Source: Thalia democratica
Lineage: Eukaryota
NCBI GenBank assembly: GCA_965202585.1
Contig: OZ241831.1
Location: 45,384,001-45,448,000 of the forward strand
Direction: 5' to 3'
DNA: 64,000 nt
The notes beneath the pieces were generated by a model. The model had not been told where the DNA came from. It saw only the letters and a list, made by a program, of their open reading frames with translations, and made no database searches. A program made the translations under genes and the position numbers. Positions 13,021-26,100 of this stretch are shown here, in pieces. The first letter of the stretch is position 1. Every line of letters starts with the position of its first letter.

Positions 13021-16000
13021 TAATTATTTTAGATAACTTTTGATTTTTATTAAAATAAATAATAACTTCAATATTTTTTTCTGTTGTAAACCAAATGTTA
13101 TGTCAGTATGAGACTATCACATAATGTTTTTTTTAATATTTTTAACTTTTTTATTAAAGCTTACTTAAAACAAAAATTAAGTTTTCGACGGAATTTTTTG
13201 TGTTTTAATCATAATAATTTTTTGCATGCTTCAATTAGCTTATTTATTCTCTGAAAGATGCTAAACTTTTTTACGAAGCTTATGAGACATTATTTTTAAT
13301 ATACAAGTTTATATAACTTAAATTAGTTTTTAACATTTAAGTCTTAAAAAGTTTTAAGACTTCGATTTCTCTTAACTTTTTTTAATAAAATATCTTATAT
13401 GTGTAAAAATAACTATAGCTATATATCAACAAAAACACAATTAAGTTAAAAAATAATTTAGTCAGTCTAAAAAAGTTATTGAAAGTAAAGCAATTTAATC
13501 CAACTATAAACTTATTATTTTATATACTTATTGCGTATACCTTAATCAAAGCAACATAAGTAAAACCATTTTAAAACTGATAATCAACGTACGATTTAAG
13601 ATTTAAACTGCTTGCTTATCTATAGATAATCCTAAAACATTTACATATTAATGTACTCTAAATATCGCTAATCTGTATTTTACTTACAATGTCTATATTC
13701 GTTTTGTTGCAGTATTCTAAGTATTTTTAAAGCATAAAAATATTTTTAAATATTTTTTACAGAACTGTTTACTACCGAACTATTTTTAGTCTTTTAATGA
13801 ACGTCGACAACTGTATGCAATGTATATGATTTATGCACATTTGATTTATTACAAAAAGTAAGCATCTTAAGTTCATATTTTAGCTTTCATAAAATTCAAT
13901 TTTAAAGAATTTTAAAGCGTATTTCAAAACATGTATAGTAAGAAGTATTTCAGTGGAATAAAAAATACTCAAAAATAAAAGTATTGAAGCAACTAAAAGT
14001 TAATAAAAACTAAAAACTTGCCTATAGGTTTGCCAATCATTTTAGTGCTTTAAAATCATATTGCATGAGCGGTAAATACTTTTTTGAAGTCAAGGTTTAA
14101 TTGTTTATATAGTAATAATGCTTTTAAAACTATATATAAACAACGAAACACTTATGTTTAATTAAGTAATTACTGTTCAAACATTACTATAATTGGAATT
14201 AGGTGAAGTTAGCCTACGTGAATTGTTATTTAGTATATTTAAATTAAAATTTCCTCCTTATCAAATCTCATATTTTAGATATTAAAATATTTAGAAATGT
14301 TTCCACTAATATAAAGAGCCTAAATCTAGGTTATTTCAAATGTAAGCACATAGTTTAGGGTTAATTTTTTTTTATATGTAAAAAAAATTAAGTCTAACAA
14401 ACCAAAATAGTGATTCGTTTAAGAAAAGAAAATATATTATTTCAATAGTTGTTTATGTATTTTATCATTTTTTTACATTTAAAAATGATTCAAATTTAGA
14501 AAAACATTAAAAAACTAGCTACAAAAACATAAAATTAGTTTATTGCGTTTTGAAGCTTATAATTGTTTATTTTTAAAGTAAAACTTTTTCTTTACACGTT
14601 ATATGGTAATTAACACTAGATAACATTTGGATAAATACTTAGTAATACTTATTTGTTGTCTAGTTATAGATTAATACTAATACGTGTGTATATAAACATA
14701 TATAAGCATGTATAAGATTTGTACTCCAGTAGTATTTTTATTATAAGTTTCTTGTAAGTTGTTGCGAATTAATTATACACATTATAAGATAAACGCTTAA
14801 GCAAGTTTTTGCACAAAAATTTAAAAGTCGTTTTCAAGCTTAGGCAAACCAGACCTTATAAATAATAAAGTATTGTAGAATCTTGAACTTAATAAGTGTT
14901 AGGGGAGTATTCTTCGTAGAGAGTGCTGAGAAAGAACCACCAGACGCATAAGAGATTAGTAAAATACTGAAATAAGTTCTGTTTGAATACGTTTGTTTAA
15001 TTTTTCGTTTTACAAGTTGTTTTGATTTATGTTGACAAACTTTACACAAAGTTTTAGTTTCTAGTTTTCATTTTGTTTACAAGCGGGGTTTCAATAATTT
15101 CAAAGTTAGGGACAAAAGCAGTACTTTGAGTACATTTAATTGAGTTTATATTTAGGTTTACAAGCTTTTAAACTGAATGAGCTGATAAATGACATGTTTA
15201 TATACTTTATTATATTTTTAAAGTACTTAAAACAATGTAAAAAAACATTGGATGATGAAAACAAAACGTTTTTACTTTATTAATAATTAATTGTGATCAA
15301 TTATAATTCAATACGTATTCGATTAAATACTTAACATAATATGCAAATCAAAATGTTATAATTTTATTTTTATATAAGTCTAGTGGTTGAAAAACGTTTA
15401 TACTTCTAATTTTTATTGCACTTCTTGACTTAGCTGAAAAGCAAAACAGGTACAAATTTAAATACTATCATTTTTGAAAACGCTCAAGTTGTACTTTTAG
15501 ATAATTATTGTATAAGTAAGTACATTTATTTTGATTAATAACAAATACTATTCACAGTTCACTGTGAAGCTGCAGCTAAACTGTAAATTATTTTCGAAGG
15601 ATTTTAGTAAACTGTATTTAACTTAGTTATTTTATTTCTAACTTAGTAAGTTTAAGGGGTTAATTACTCGGCATAAACCTAAAGTTTATTAAGACTATTT
15701 ATGATTCGTTGATATGTTGCGCTATTTGTTTTCGTTTTAATAATTAATAAAGTGTTTGGTATTTGGATTTTGGAATTTATCTATTTAAAATATTTCTACT
15801 TAATTTAGGAGTTGCTTTTGTTATTGTTTACTATATGTTTTGTAAAAACAACAAACTATTTATTTATAGATACTAATTATATAATTGCTCATAAACTACA
15901 TATGTTAAGTTTTTATTTTCAAAAAAGTAATTTGAGCTTTCATATATTTTTTTAGTTTGTAAGTAAATCAAATTAAAAGCTACTACGTTAAATTTTTATA

Positions 16001-17351
16001 AACAATATGACCAATAAACTTAAAACTAAAAGTCCGTATAATGTTTTTAATTAGAGTGGTATCAAATTATCCTACTTTTTTTTTTGAGCAAAACTTAATC
16101 ACACTATAGTGAACAAAACTAATCATTTGGTTTTGTAATCTAAAAATTTAAACCAATTAAAAAAATTCCCCACATTACACACTTTTTCAAAATCAAACTT
16201 ATCCAATGCTTTTACAGTAGAAATATTCAAATGCAGATGTTGCTAAAAAATTTATTTTTTTATAGATCTTAAAGTCACCAATAATCTCTAAAAAAGCTAA
16301 TACTTTTAATCAGTTAATATTTGGTGTATTTTATCCAGTTATTAGTACAAACCAGGCTAAAGCTTCAGAGCTTTCCAAAGTTGTGTAGTTTTTGATATCA
16401 AGATCTCTTGCTCTGCTCGTGTAAGTTTTTTTAAATCAAAATTTAGGGGAGGAGACGCTGTGGAGCCCATGGTAGACTTTGATTTCCATGGTCAATATTG
16501 GCATCAATGGGTTAAAAAAGAGTACTTACCATTTTTAAACTTAAAAAATATATATATATATATATAGTTATTTTTTAAGTATTTTGTTTTTGCTTTTTCA
16601 TTATTGTTTCAAAGTTAGCTCAAAGTATCAGTTACAAGTAAATGGTGTGCAGCTTGATGACCAAAAGGTCTTTCTCCACACCAATCCATTGACCTTAGTT
16701 GTGACTGTTCACATTTTCTTTCTTTTTTTCTTCTTAAATGAATCAGTTATCTTTGATAGATAATTAGAGTACAATTCTGAATAAGAACCGTATTTCAATA
16801 AAATATCTACACATTGTTAAGAAAATTTGTATATGGAATAATGAAGACCTTAATACAGTGCTGCCACAAACTTTGGCTACTCAAGATAGCTCAAAACAGT
16901 CTTGAAGTTTTTAAAAAGTTTGGAATAATTCAGGCTGACTCTGGACTGTTTGATTTTTTTGTGAACCTTGTGCTATTTTTTGACTTTTAAGCTAAATTTT
17001 AATTAAAAAACAGTTCTTTCCTATTCCTGTTAGACCTAAATTTCAACAAAGATCTGGACCCAGCAAAGCTCAATTAAAAAAATAACTTGGCCATATTTAG
17101 CCTTTTAATACAAATTTTGTTCCAATAGAACCTAAAAGAATTTTTTATAAAAATTCAGCTGGAACAAGTACCTAATCTATTTAAATAAGTCTAATTAGAT
17201 ACAGACATAAGAATATAAAATAAAGGCAATATTGAAAAATATCAGAATTAATCAGTACAGATTCTATAAATTTTCTTAAATAAGAATAATAATTTGTTTC
17301 AATTGACAGGTTGATAAGCTTTATAGAATAATAACTTTTTAATTTACTTAA

Positions 17352-18018
17352 GGGCATAGGGGGGAAAGGCACTTTTTTAAATGTTGATCTTGTTTTTAGA
17401 TCTTAGCTGACAGTTACATTATAACTTTTTAACAATATAAATTAGTATCTGAAATATAAATGAACCAAGTCTGAGAGTTTCTTATGGAAGGGCAAAGTAA
17501 AAAAAAGCAAAAAAAAAACAACATCATCAAAAATCTATTTTCTCCTACAGTTTTTAAGCAGTCTTTCTCAAACTTTACAGTTGAATCTGAATTTAATAAA
17601 AAAAAAACCTAACGTAGGATTTTTATTTAGATTTTGAGTAAAATTATTTCATTAGTTAGAAAAAATTATCTATTATATATATTGATTCTTTTTCTTCTTT
17701 TGGTCATAAAATATAAGTTTTTTATTTTTAAATTGTTACAATAGACTTTTTTGATGCAAGGAAAATTTACTAAAAATTTGAAGTCAATAGCTTAAAAAAT
17801 AAAGGAGAAGATAGATTTTTGGTGAGCTTATCAAAATTCAGAGAAAATCAGCCTAGAAAAATTTTGGTTTCATACTTTGTATCTGATTTTATTTTTAAAA
17901 AATTGGTTATATCTCAAAATTAAATTAATTATTTTCTTGTTATATAAAAAGTATCTTACATTAAGCTTTCAATTAAGAGCCAATGTTAATATTTGTAAAA
18001 TGTTGGACCCCCATGCCC
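17352..18018. mobile_element. TTAA-flanked MITE with GGGCAT termini (Kolobok-like)
   Basis: TTAA|GGGCATAGG ... CCCCATGCCC|TTAA; internal inverted segment 17531-17560 vs 17790-17820; second degenerate copy at ~21247-21838 in DDB1 intron 1. Confidence 0.62.
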
Positions 18019-20076
18019 TTAATAATATGTGATTGTTTTAACTTTAAGCAAGATATTTTTTTAATGAAAAACATAAATAAGGACCTAATTGTTTAAAGTT
18101 TGAAATTTAATTTCAAAAATTATTTGTGTCTAAAAAAAGTAAAAAAAAAACACAAAGAAATACAGAATTGTTGATTTTTAAATGAAAACTTTAAAAAGCG
18201 TCTAGGTATACTGTGCAGTAGGTAAAGTCTTTGTTACAATATACTTTAAAGAAAAGGTGGCTTATAAGCCCTTAATTTTAAGATGTTAATAAGGCCAAAG
18301 AGGGCAGGGTTTGAGCTATGTTCACAAGCCTTAAAACTATTGAAAAATATTGTTTTTAAATAAATTTTAATTGTTTTTAACAAATGCTACAACAGTTACT
18401 TATAACTTTATTTTATACTGGGTAATTCAGGTTAGTTTTTTTTTAAATAATTTGGCCCCATTTGTACATGCATAAACTTAAAAGTTATTTGAAAAACTCA
18501 GGCTTAGACTAATTTAGCTTTTCAAACTCAAGCTAGTTAAAAGTTTTCAGCCTATTCTTTTTTAGAAGTACATGGTTCTCACTACACTGGATTTCACACA
18601 AATTTGTAAAAAAAAATATCGGATGTTTTAAGATGAACTTGTAAAGTCGAATAAATTTATCTTTGTTTTTTGCCTAATTCTGGACCAACTTTACATATCA
18701 ACACACTATCAATCATAGTTTACCGAAAACTTAGTTCCAACAAAAAAAATTATAAATAGAGTATACTAAACTTGCTTAAAGGCTTGCAATTCAATGTTTT
18801 GTTAGGGAATGTAAAAATAAGTTTTTATAATTTTTATCTTATCAAAAGTTTAATTTAAAATTGCACAAAACAAAAATGAACATATTTTTTATGTTTTTGT
18901 TTATCTGAAATAATTTTATTCAACATAATTCTGTATTTGACTTTTAAGAGCGTTAATACTATAAAGCAGCAATTTATTGTCAGTAAACTTATTTTTCACA
19001 AAAATAGTTGGATTTACCATATTGTTTTTGTTGAAAAAGTTGAAATTAGATTATTTTTTTCAATTTTTGTGTAATTTTGAATAAAAAGTTTGTTTATACA
19101 TTCATGGTGTTGTTATTTAAAAAAAAGCATATATTGAGTTAAGTTAAGGTAGTTTAATCGATTCAGTTGGACTCAGACAATTTTTTGTTCACTCAGACTA
19201 TTTTTTGCGTGAAGTGTGGCAACCTTGTTTATACAAAAATCTACCCGAACTGCCTAGAGTTAATCGTCTGTACAAAAATATAGTTAAATCAAGTATGTTA
19301 TAATTCTAATGAAATGTCAACTAATGTCGGGAAGAATACTGAACATTGTATTTTTAAGTTTGTCGATAAAATAAATTGATATTTAAAAAGAGTTTTTGAA
19401 TAAAGTTCTTATACTTTTTTTGTTATGAGAAAAATATGTTATCATTATCTTGCTTTTATGCACAGTAATTTTAATATATATTTTGTTTTACAGTTTATTG
19501 TTTTGTTAATAATGAACTGTATAATAAAATATATAACTAATCTTCTTAAGTCAAGAACTTTTTATTGTTTGATTTAAAGCAAACTACAATATTACAATAA
19601 TTTTTAAGGTGAGACAAAATAGTTTTGATGCCATAATATATTTTAGGTAGCATATATTGTAGTTCCTTTTATTAATTAAAAATGTTTAAAATATTAGTTG
19701 GAATTTGATTTTCTAAGAATAGATCCAAACAATAAAAGTTGTTTGGAACACTGTGTTACCAAACTTGAAAAATACTTAGTTGAACCTAACAATATTTCTC
19801 AGTGATATTTATTCATAGTGCAGAAAAACATCTTAAGTTTTAATAAATTAAGTTCTTTTAAGACTCTTTTACTTTTTAAATATAATAACAAACTTCTAAT
19901 GTACCATGTTTTAAATAAAAGTTTAATCCCATTTAAAAGTAGTTAAATAATTTTGTTTCACATTAAAACTTAACGGAATAAAATAATTAAATTATTTACT
20001 TGTTCATTTACTTAAAATTGCAAGTGTATTGAAGATAATACAATAAAGTATTATTTGCAGATTAAATAAAGTACTA

Positions 20077-20137
20077 ATGGCTTACCAGTACATAGTTACT
20101 GCCCAGAAACCTACAGCTGTTTCATTTTCTGTGAAAG
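20077..20137 (+). CDS. DDB1: DDB1 coding exon 1
   Basis: [20 protein letters not shown](G); phase-1 donor GTAAAA. Confidence 0.93.
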
Positions 20138-23100
20138 GTAAAAATGTTTGCTGGTGTTTAAATGTTTATTTTTAATCATGATGTTAACGATTTTTAAAAT
20201 AAAACTTGTGAAGTAAATTTATGATTTGAAATAAACTAATTTACAGTAAATCATTAAATATTTTATTTAATTTTTATTATTATTCTATATTTTTAATTAA
20301 ATGTATAATTGATTAATGGTTTATTTGTTTTTTCTATATAAATAAAAAATTTGTTTAAGTTTTATACACCATACTTGAAATACTTATAAACAAAGTTTAA
20401 AAGAATTAAATTAATTATGGTTTTAATTATAATTTTTTTCTAAGGGTTTAATATTTTTTTAATTAATATGAATTCTAAATATTAACTAATCTTTACTAAT
20501 TTCAAATGAACAAAACTTTGATAACTTAAAATTTTATTTAATTTGAAATAAATCAAAGTCATAGGGAGGAAGCTCTGCATTTAATTCAGAATTTTTTTAT
20601 TTTGCAGATCTTAAATGAGTTACCACTTGCTTTTTATGACTTATGATAAAATAAACCAATTATTATTAAAAATTTGACAACAGTTAAATATATTTTTTAA
20701 GGAAGGCTCAGACTGAAAAAATTGTACTACTATTGTTTTATAAAATATAACTTGTTGTAAAACTTTTTAGCAACTGGTCTCAATTTTTCTCAGTCTTATC
20801 TCTAAAAACAGTAATTAAAATATAGGACACATCTGTTTTTTTATTATCTTAAAAATAATAAGAACATTTCTTGAAATTTAAGTCTTTTACAAATTTTAGA
20901 CAGTTTCATAGATAATTATGTATTTGATTTACTTTTTTCAGAAACTCTGTCTAAAACTGATTATTTCATATAACCATGTATATTTTTTTAATTATATATC
21001 ATAAAAAATAGATTATAGTTCATATTTAAAATTTTTTAACATAAAACAATGAATTTCTTTAAATAAATGTTTAATCATGTTGATCTTACGTCTCATCATG
21101 TTTTTAGAACAAAATTTTGTTTAAGATTGCCTTTTGAGTAACTAAAATTATAATAGGTTCCTTTTTTTTTTAATTCTTTCAAAAAAAAGCTTTGAAATAT
21201 TGATGGACATAGCAAAAAACCTAAACAAACTTAAATTCAAGGCACTATTAAGGCTGGAACTTTTTTTTTTATATGTTGATATATTTATTAAGATCTTTAA
21301 CTTGACTAACAGTTGCTTTTTACCACTTTTTCTGATCAAAATAAGTTTTTGAGATAAGTTGAGACACAATCTGAGAGGTTTAATAGGTTCTTTATGAAGG
21401 AGCAAAATAAAAAAGGCAAATAGACTATTTCATGAAAATTATTTTTACAGTTTCTAAGCAATATATCTCAAACTTTATCTTCAGTATAATCTTAACTTAA
21501 TAAAAAATCAACTGTTTTAAAGCAATTTTAAAAATTCTGTGAATTTTCTAAAATAGAAATATAGTTCCCAATTTTTTTTTAAAGTTCTTAGCGTAGGTTG
21601 TTTTCTTAAAGTGCATGGAACATAACCGAAAATTTGAGGTAAATAACTTAAAAATAAAGAAAGTAAAGTTAATAATTATTTTTTAAAAATTTAAGAAAAT
21701 GACAGTGAAAGAGGAGTGGTCTATGTATTATAATTAAAAAAAAATTAAAAAAAAAAAACTTATAGTTTATACTCTAAGCTTTTATTTAAAATTTAATTTA
21801 AATTTTGTAAAATAAAACCTTAACTTTCCTATGCCCTTAGTAAAAAGTATGTAATTTAATTTTTAAACAAGTTTGAAATTTTTGAGTTGCATTTTTTTGT
21901 TTAAAATTATTTTATTAACATTAGAAGACTTAAATTTAGTGTAAATATTATATGCTTTTACTTTGAAATAAACTTTAAAATCAAGTTGATAATCTACTTA
22001 GAGGAGATTCAGAATAGGTATGTGTTTGTATTTTTTAAAACAAATAAATTACATAACAACATAGTTTTTCTTTTGGTCCCTGTAAAAACTATGTACAACT
22101 GTTTGTTTTGAAAGAAATTCATCATATATTTTTTTTCATACGTATAAATTTTCAAAACAAGTTATGAAATTTGAAGCTCAAAGTTTTAATATTCAGTTTT
22201 TCATTTTAAATATGTCATAATTGTATCCTGAATTATACATATGTCCTTTTCAGGTAACTTCACCAGTAAAGATGACTTGAACTTGCTTGTGGCAAAAAAC
22301 AACCGAATAGGAATTTACACAATTTGCCAAGAGGGCTTGAGAGCTGTCAGGGACATAAACATATTCGGAAAGATTGCTTACATGAATCTTTTCAAACCAT
22401 CAAAAGTATGAGCAAATTATAATTTTTCTTTATGCTTTTTAAAATGCTAAAAAATAATAGCCATGATATATGTTGATTTAAAGCTTTATGTACCAAAGAT
22501 GGATTAATTTATTCTGTTAATATTTTTAATACATATTGATATAACTTAAAATGTTGAATCCTCACTTTATAAGTTTGATATTGATACAGAACTCAAAGAT
22601 TGACTACTTATTTTTTCTCACTGATCACTATGAGGCCAGTGTGATCTACTGCAAACCTACCAGCGACGGAGGATTCGACATACACACCAAAGCCCATGGA
22701 AACTTGAGTGTTAGTTCATTGTTTGTTATGGTTACATATTTCTTTTTCCAATTAAGTATCATTTGTGATATTTAAAGGTTTTTGAATATTTGTTAGTGGA
22801 TAAATATTAAAGTTAAAAATGCTTAAATTATTTAAACTCATTAGAAATTTATATGAGAAATTTTTTTTGAAAAGCGGAACAAAAAATCAAATTGCTTGAA
22901 CTAAAATTGTTATATAGTTTTATTAGTAAGTGCTATTTACTTATTAAAAGAAGCTTGAACTTCTTTTGAAGTATTTAAAAAAGTTAATATTGTATAACTA
23001 GGATTCAGTGGGCCGCCCACCTGATTCAGGAATCATCGGGATGTTTGACGTTGAAAATAACATGATTGGATTGCGTTTGTTCGAGGGAGTTTTCAAGGTT

Positions 23101-26100
23101 TGTAGTAAAGTTTATGTTTACAACTATATAATAAGTATTTGTTGAGTTTGAATTTTTGGTGTGATTTCGTTTTTTGTTGGAACAAAATGTTAAGAAAAAC
23201 TATAAGGAAAACATGTTATTTTTTGATGCTCAATTTAAATAAGCAACATGCTTTTTTTATAACACTTTTTCTAATCTGTAGTGTTAAAAAGTCATGTAAA
23301 GGTTTTCACATGAATTTTTTATTGAAAGTTTTATATGTTTTCTAGTGTACAATTCTTAACTACTGACATAAAAATCTACTAAAATGAGAGTATTGCGTTT
23401 AAGTATTCAACACAATATAGATTTTATTTTAATAATAAAGGATAAAAAACCAAACCCCTTTAACTGTTTTTTTTTTTTTTCAATGATCAGTTCATGCACT
23501 ATGATGCCGAGGTGACGGAACTATCCCCGTTCAACGTGAAAACAGAACAACTTGGAATCATCGACGCGCAATTCCTGAAAGGCTGCAACACAAACCCTCA
23601 AGTTGCAATGATATACCAAGTAGTTGTTTTTTCAAATTTTTTGAATAAGTTGGTTTCTAAAGTTTTACATCAATGTTTTTTTGTTAACTTCTAAAGTCAA
23701 GTCTAAATATTTCCTTTGAAAACTTAACTATGTAAAGTTATTGTTTTTTTAGATTATTTGTTTACTCTTTATAATGTTTTTTGTAGTTTTGTTTGCGTAT
23801 TTTAATATGTTACATTTAATTTCATAAAATGATATTTTTACAAGTTTTTGAAACAAAATGTAGCTAAATCACCACTAGATCTACAAACAAAAAATTGTTT
23901 TATGAAAATTTTAATATACGCCCCTTACTGATTACATGACAATTCAAATTCGGACAATTCCAATTCCGACGATTCAAATTCTTTAAAAAAAATTTAAAAC
24001 AGTATATCTCAAAAAGTTTTATAAATTTGAAAAAATAAAAAACACATATGTAGATCTTAAAAAAATATACAAGCCACTTTTTGTATTTTGCAGTACCTTA
24101 ATTATTTTTAAGTTATTTTAAAATTACTAAAAAGTAACTATGTTTTGTACTTTATTTAAGCCATATCTCAAAAAATATTCAATATTTTGCAAAATGAAAA
24201 ATAAACTGCTTTTAGATATTAATAGGACCTACATATAATTTTTTTATTTTTGACAAATATATATTGCTTTTTTAGTTGTAACCCTTTCAAGTTTTTTTTA
24301 AGAATTTGAATTGTCCGAATTAAAAAGTCGTTAACCCCCCATTACTAGATCTTCAAACTTGCATTTTAAAGGATTTTTGATCCAGGTTGTAAAACCTTTT
24401 CTATTTTTTTTTGTCACACCAGCCACACAAACAGAACACGGTGGGCCGACACATCACGGTGTCCAAGCTGGACGTGAGAAGCCGGGAAATCGTCAAGACG
24501 ACCTGGGAGCTTCAGAACATAGACCCGGATGCGAGCGTTCTCATTACAAGTGCGAGTTTTATAATGCTTCTGTAAAAAGTTGCTTTAAAATATAGTATGT
24601 TAAACATTAGTGTTAATACAAAGTGTTTTCATTATAACCAACACTGTAAGTTTATGATGGCTTGAAACTCAAACAGAAACAGTTTCCTAAATAGAGAAAA
24701 GCTATTTTTCTATTAATCATAAAGTTTTTTTTTTCTCAGATTAGCTTTTCAATAGTGTGAAAATACTTGATTAAACTTTTTTTTACCTTTAATTGTAACA
24801 GTTTTTTGTACAACTAAACCAAAATTATGAAAAATGACAAAGCCACTTTTTTTTAAATATACATTGCAATAGAGATAGTTATATAATTGTATGTTAATAG
24901 ATAAAATATAGTAACTTTGTATTTATTATTTAATTATCACACAGTGCCACAACCAGCTTACGGCCTGATAGTTATTGGACAACAGACAGTCATCTACGTC
25001 AATGAGAGGAACAGTGCCAATAACGACTTCATATCAGCTCAGATACCCAATACCACGGTGGTTATATTTTTTTATATAGAAAAGTGTAAATAATATTATA
25101 ATGTAAATAAATAGTTTATATCAATTCCCAATACAACGGTAGTTTTTTGGCTGAAAAAACTTTGTTTAAGTAGTAGAGTTCTATTTAGTTTTGATTTTAG
25201 AAATTTTATGTAAGTAAGTTGCAAAACAATACCTTTTATTGTTTGCAACTTGTAAATAAAAACTTGTATATAAATATATATTATTATAGTGTCAACAACG
25301 AGTTCAAATCCGCTCCAATGCTCAATTCCGTGTATATATATATACATATTAAAGGTTTTATAAAAAGTTCTGATCGATAGTGCTCGACAAATTAAATTGG
25401 AGCTAAATATTTATCTAATTATATAAAAACTATAACTTTAACAGCTGTTTCACACATTGAAATGTAAAATTTCATGTGATCGTCAGTAACCATTGCTACG
25501 TCACAATTATTATAAAAAATTTTAAAATCGAAATTTCTGTTCACTACTATAATAAACTGTAACTTACATCACATGAAATTTTACATTTCAATGTGTGAAA
25601 CAGCTGTTTAAATTATAGTTTTTATATAATTAGATAAATATATATATACATATATCCATGAAAATAATTTTGTTTAAGTAGTAAGAGTTTTGCCTAGTTA
25701 TAATTTTAGAAGCTTGCTATCACTTAGAACAGGGGTCTGCAAACTGCGACCCGCGGACCAAATTCGGCCTTCAAAGTCAAAATCTGCGTCCTGCAAACTC
25801 CTTTTCAGCCAAAATATACATTTCTTATATAAAATACCATTACAGTTAGGCTCTTTGTTCAATAAATACTCTTAACTAGTGCTCTACTTTTCCTAGTGTA
25901 TCATATTTTTAATCTAAAACAATATTTTTCTACTATTTATTAGAACTTAATTTAAATAAACGCGGCCCTTTAAGATTTTTTTCTAAATTATGCGGCCCGC
26001 GATCAATTTTTCCTAGGAAAATTGGCCCGCGAGCTACAAAAGGCTGCCGATCCCTGACTTAAAAAATTGCTAAATATCAACGTCATTTTGCTGTCCATCG

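Noticed and set aside
13789-13857. AG/GTAAGC-bounded 68-nt open segment (SFNERRQLYAMY...) and a similar short segment near 14896-14950
   Set aside because: Too short, no homology and no partner exons; compatible with chance.
17349-21838. One giant element from TAAGGGCATAGG (17349) to CCTATGCCCTTA (21838) that would carry DDB1 exon 1
   Set aside because: Each end has its own nearer partner; these are two separate copies of the same MITE family.
25300-25315. tRNA B-box-like GAGTTCAAATCC (also GAGTTCGAATC near 50385)
   Set aside because: No A-box or cloverleaf around either; not called tRNA or SINE.
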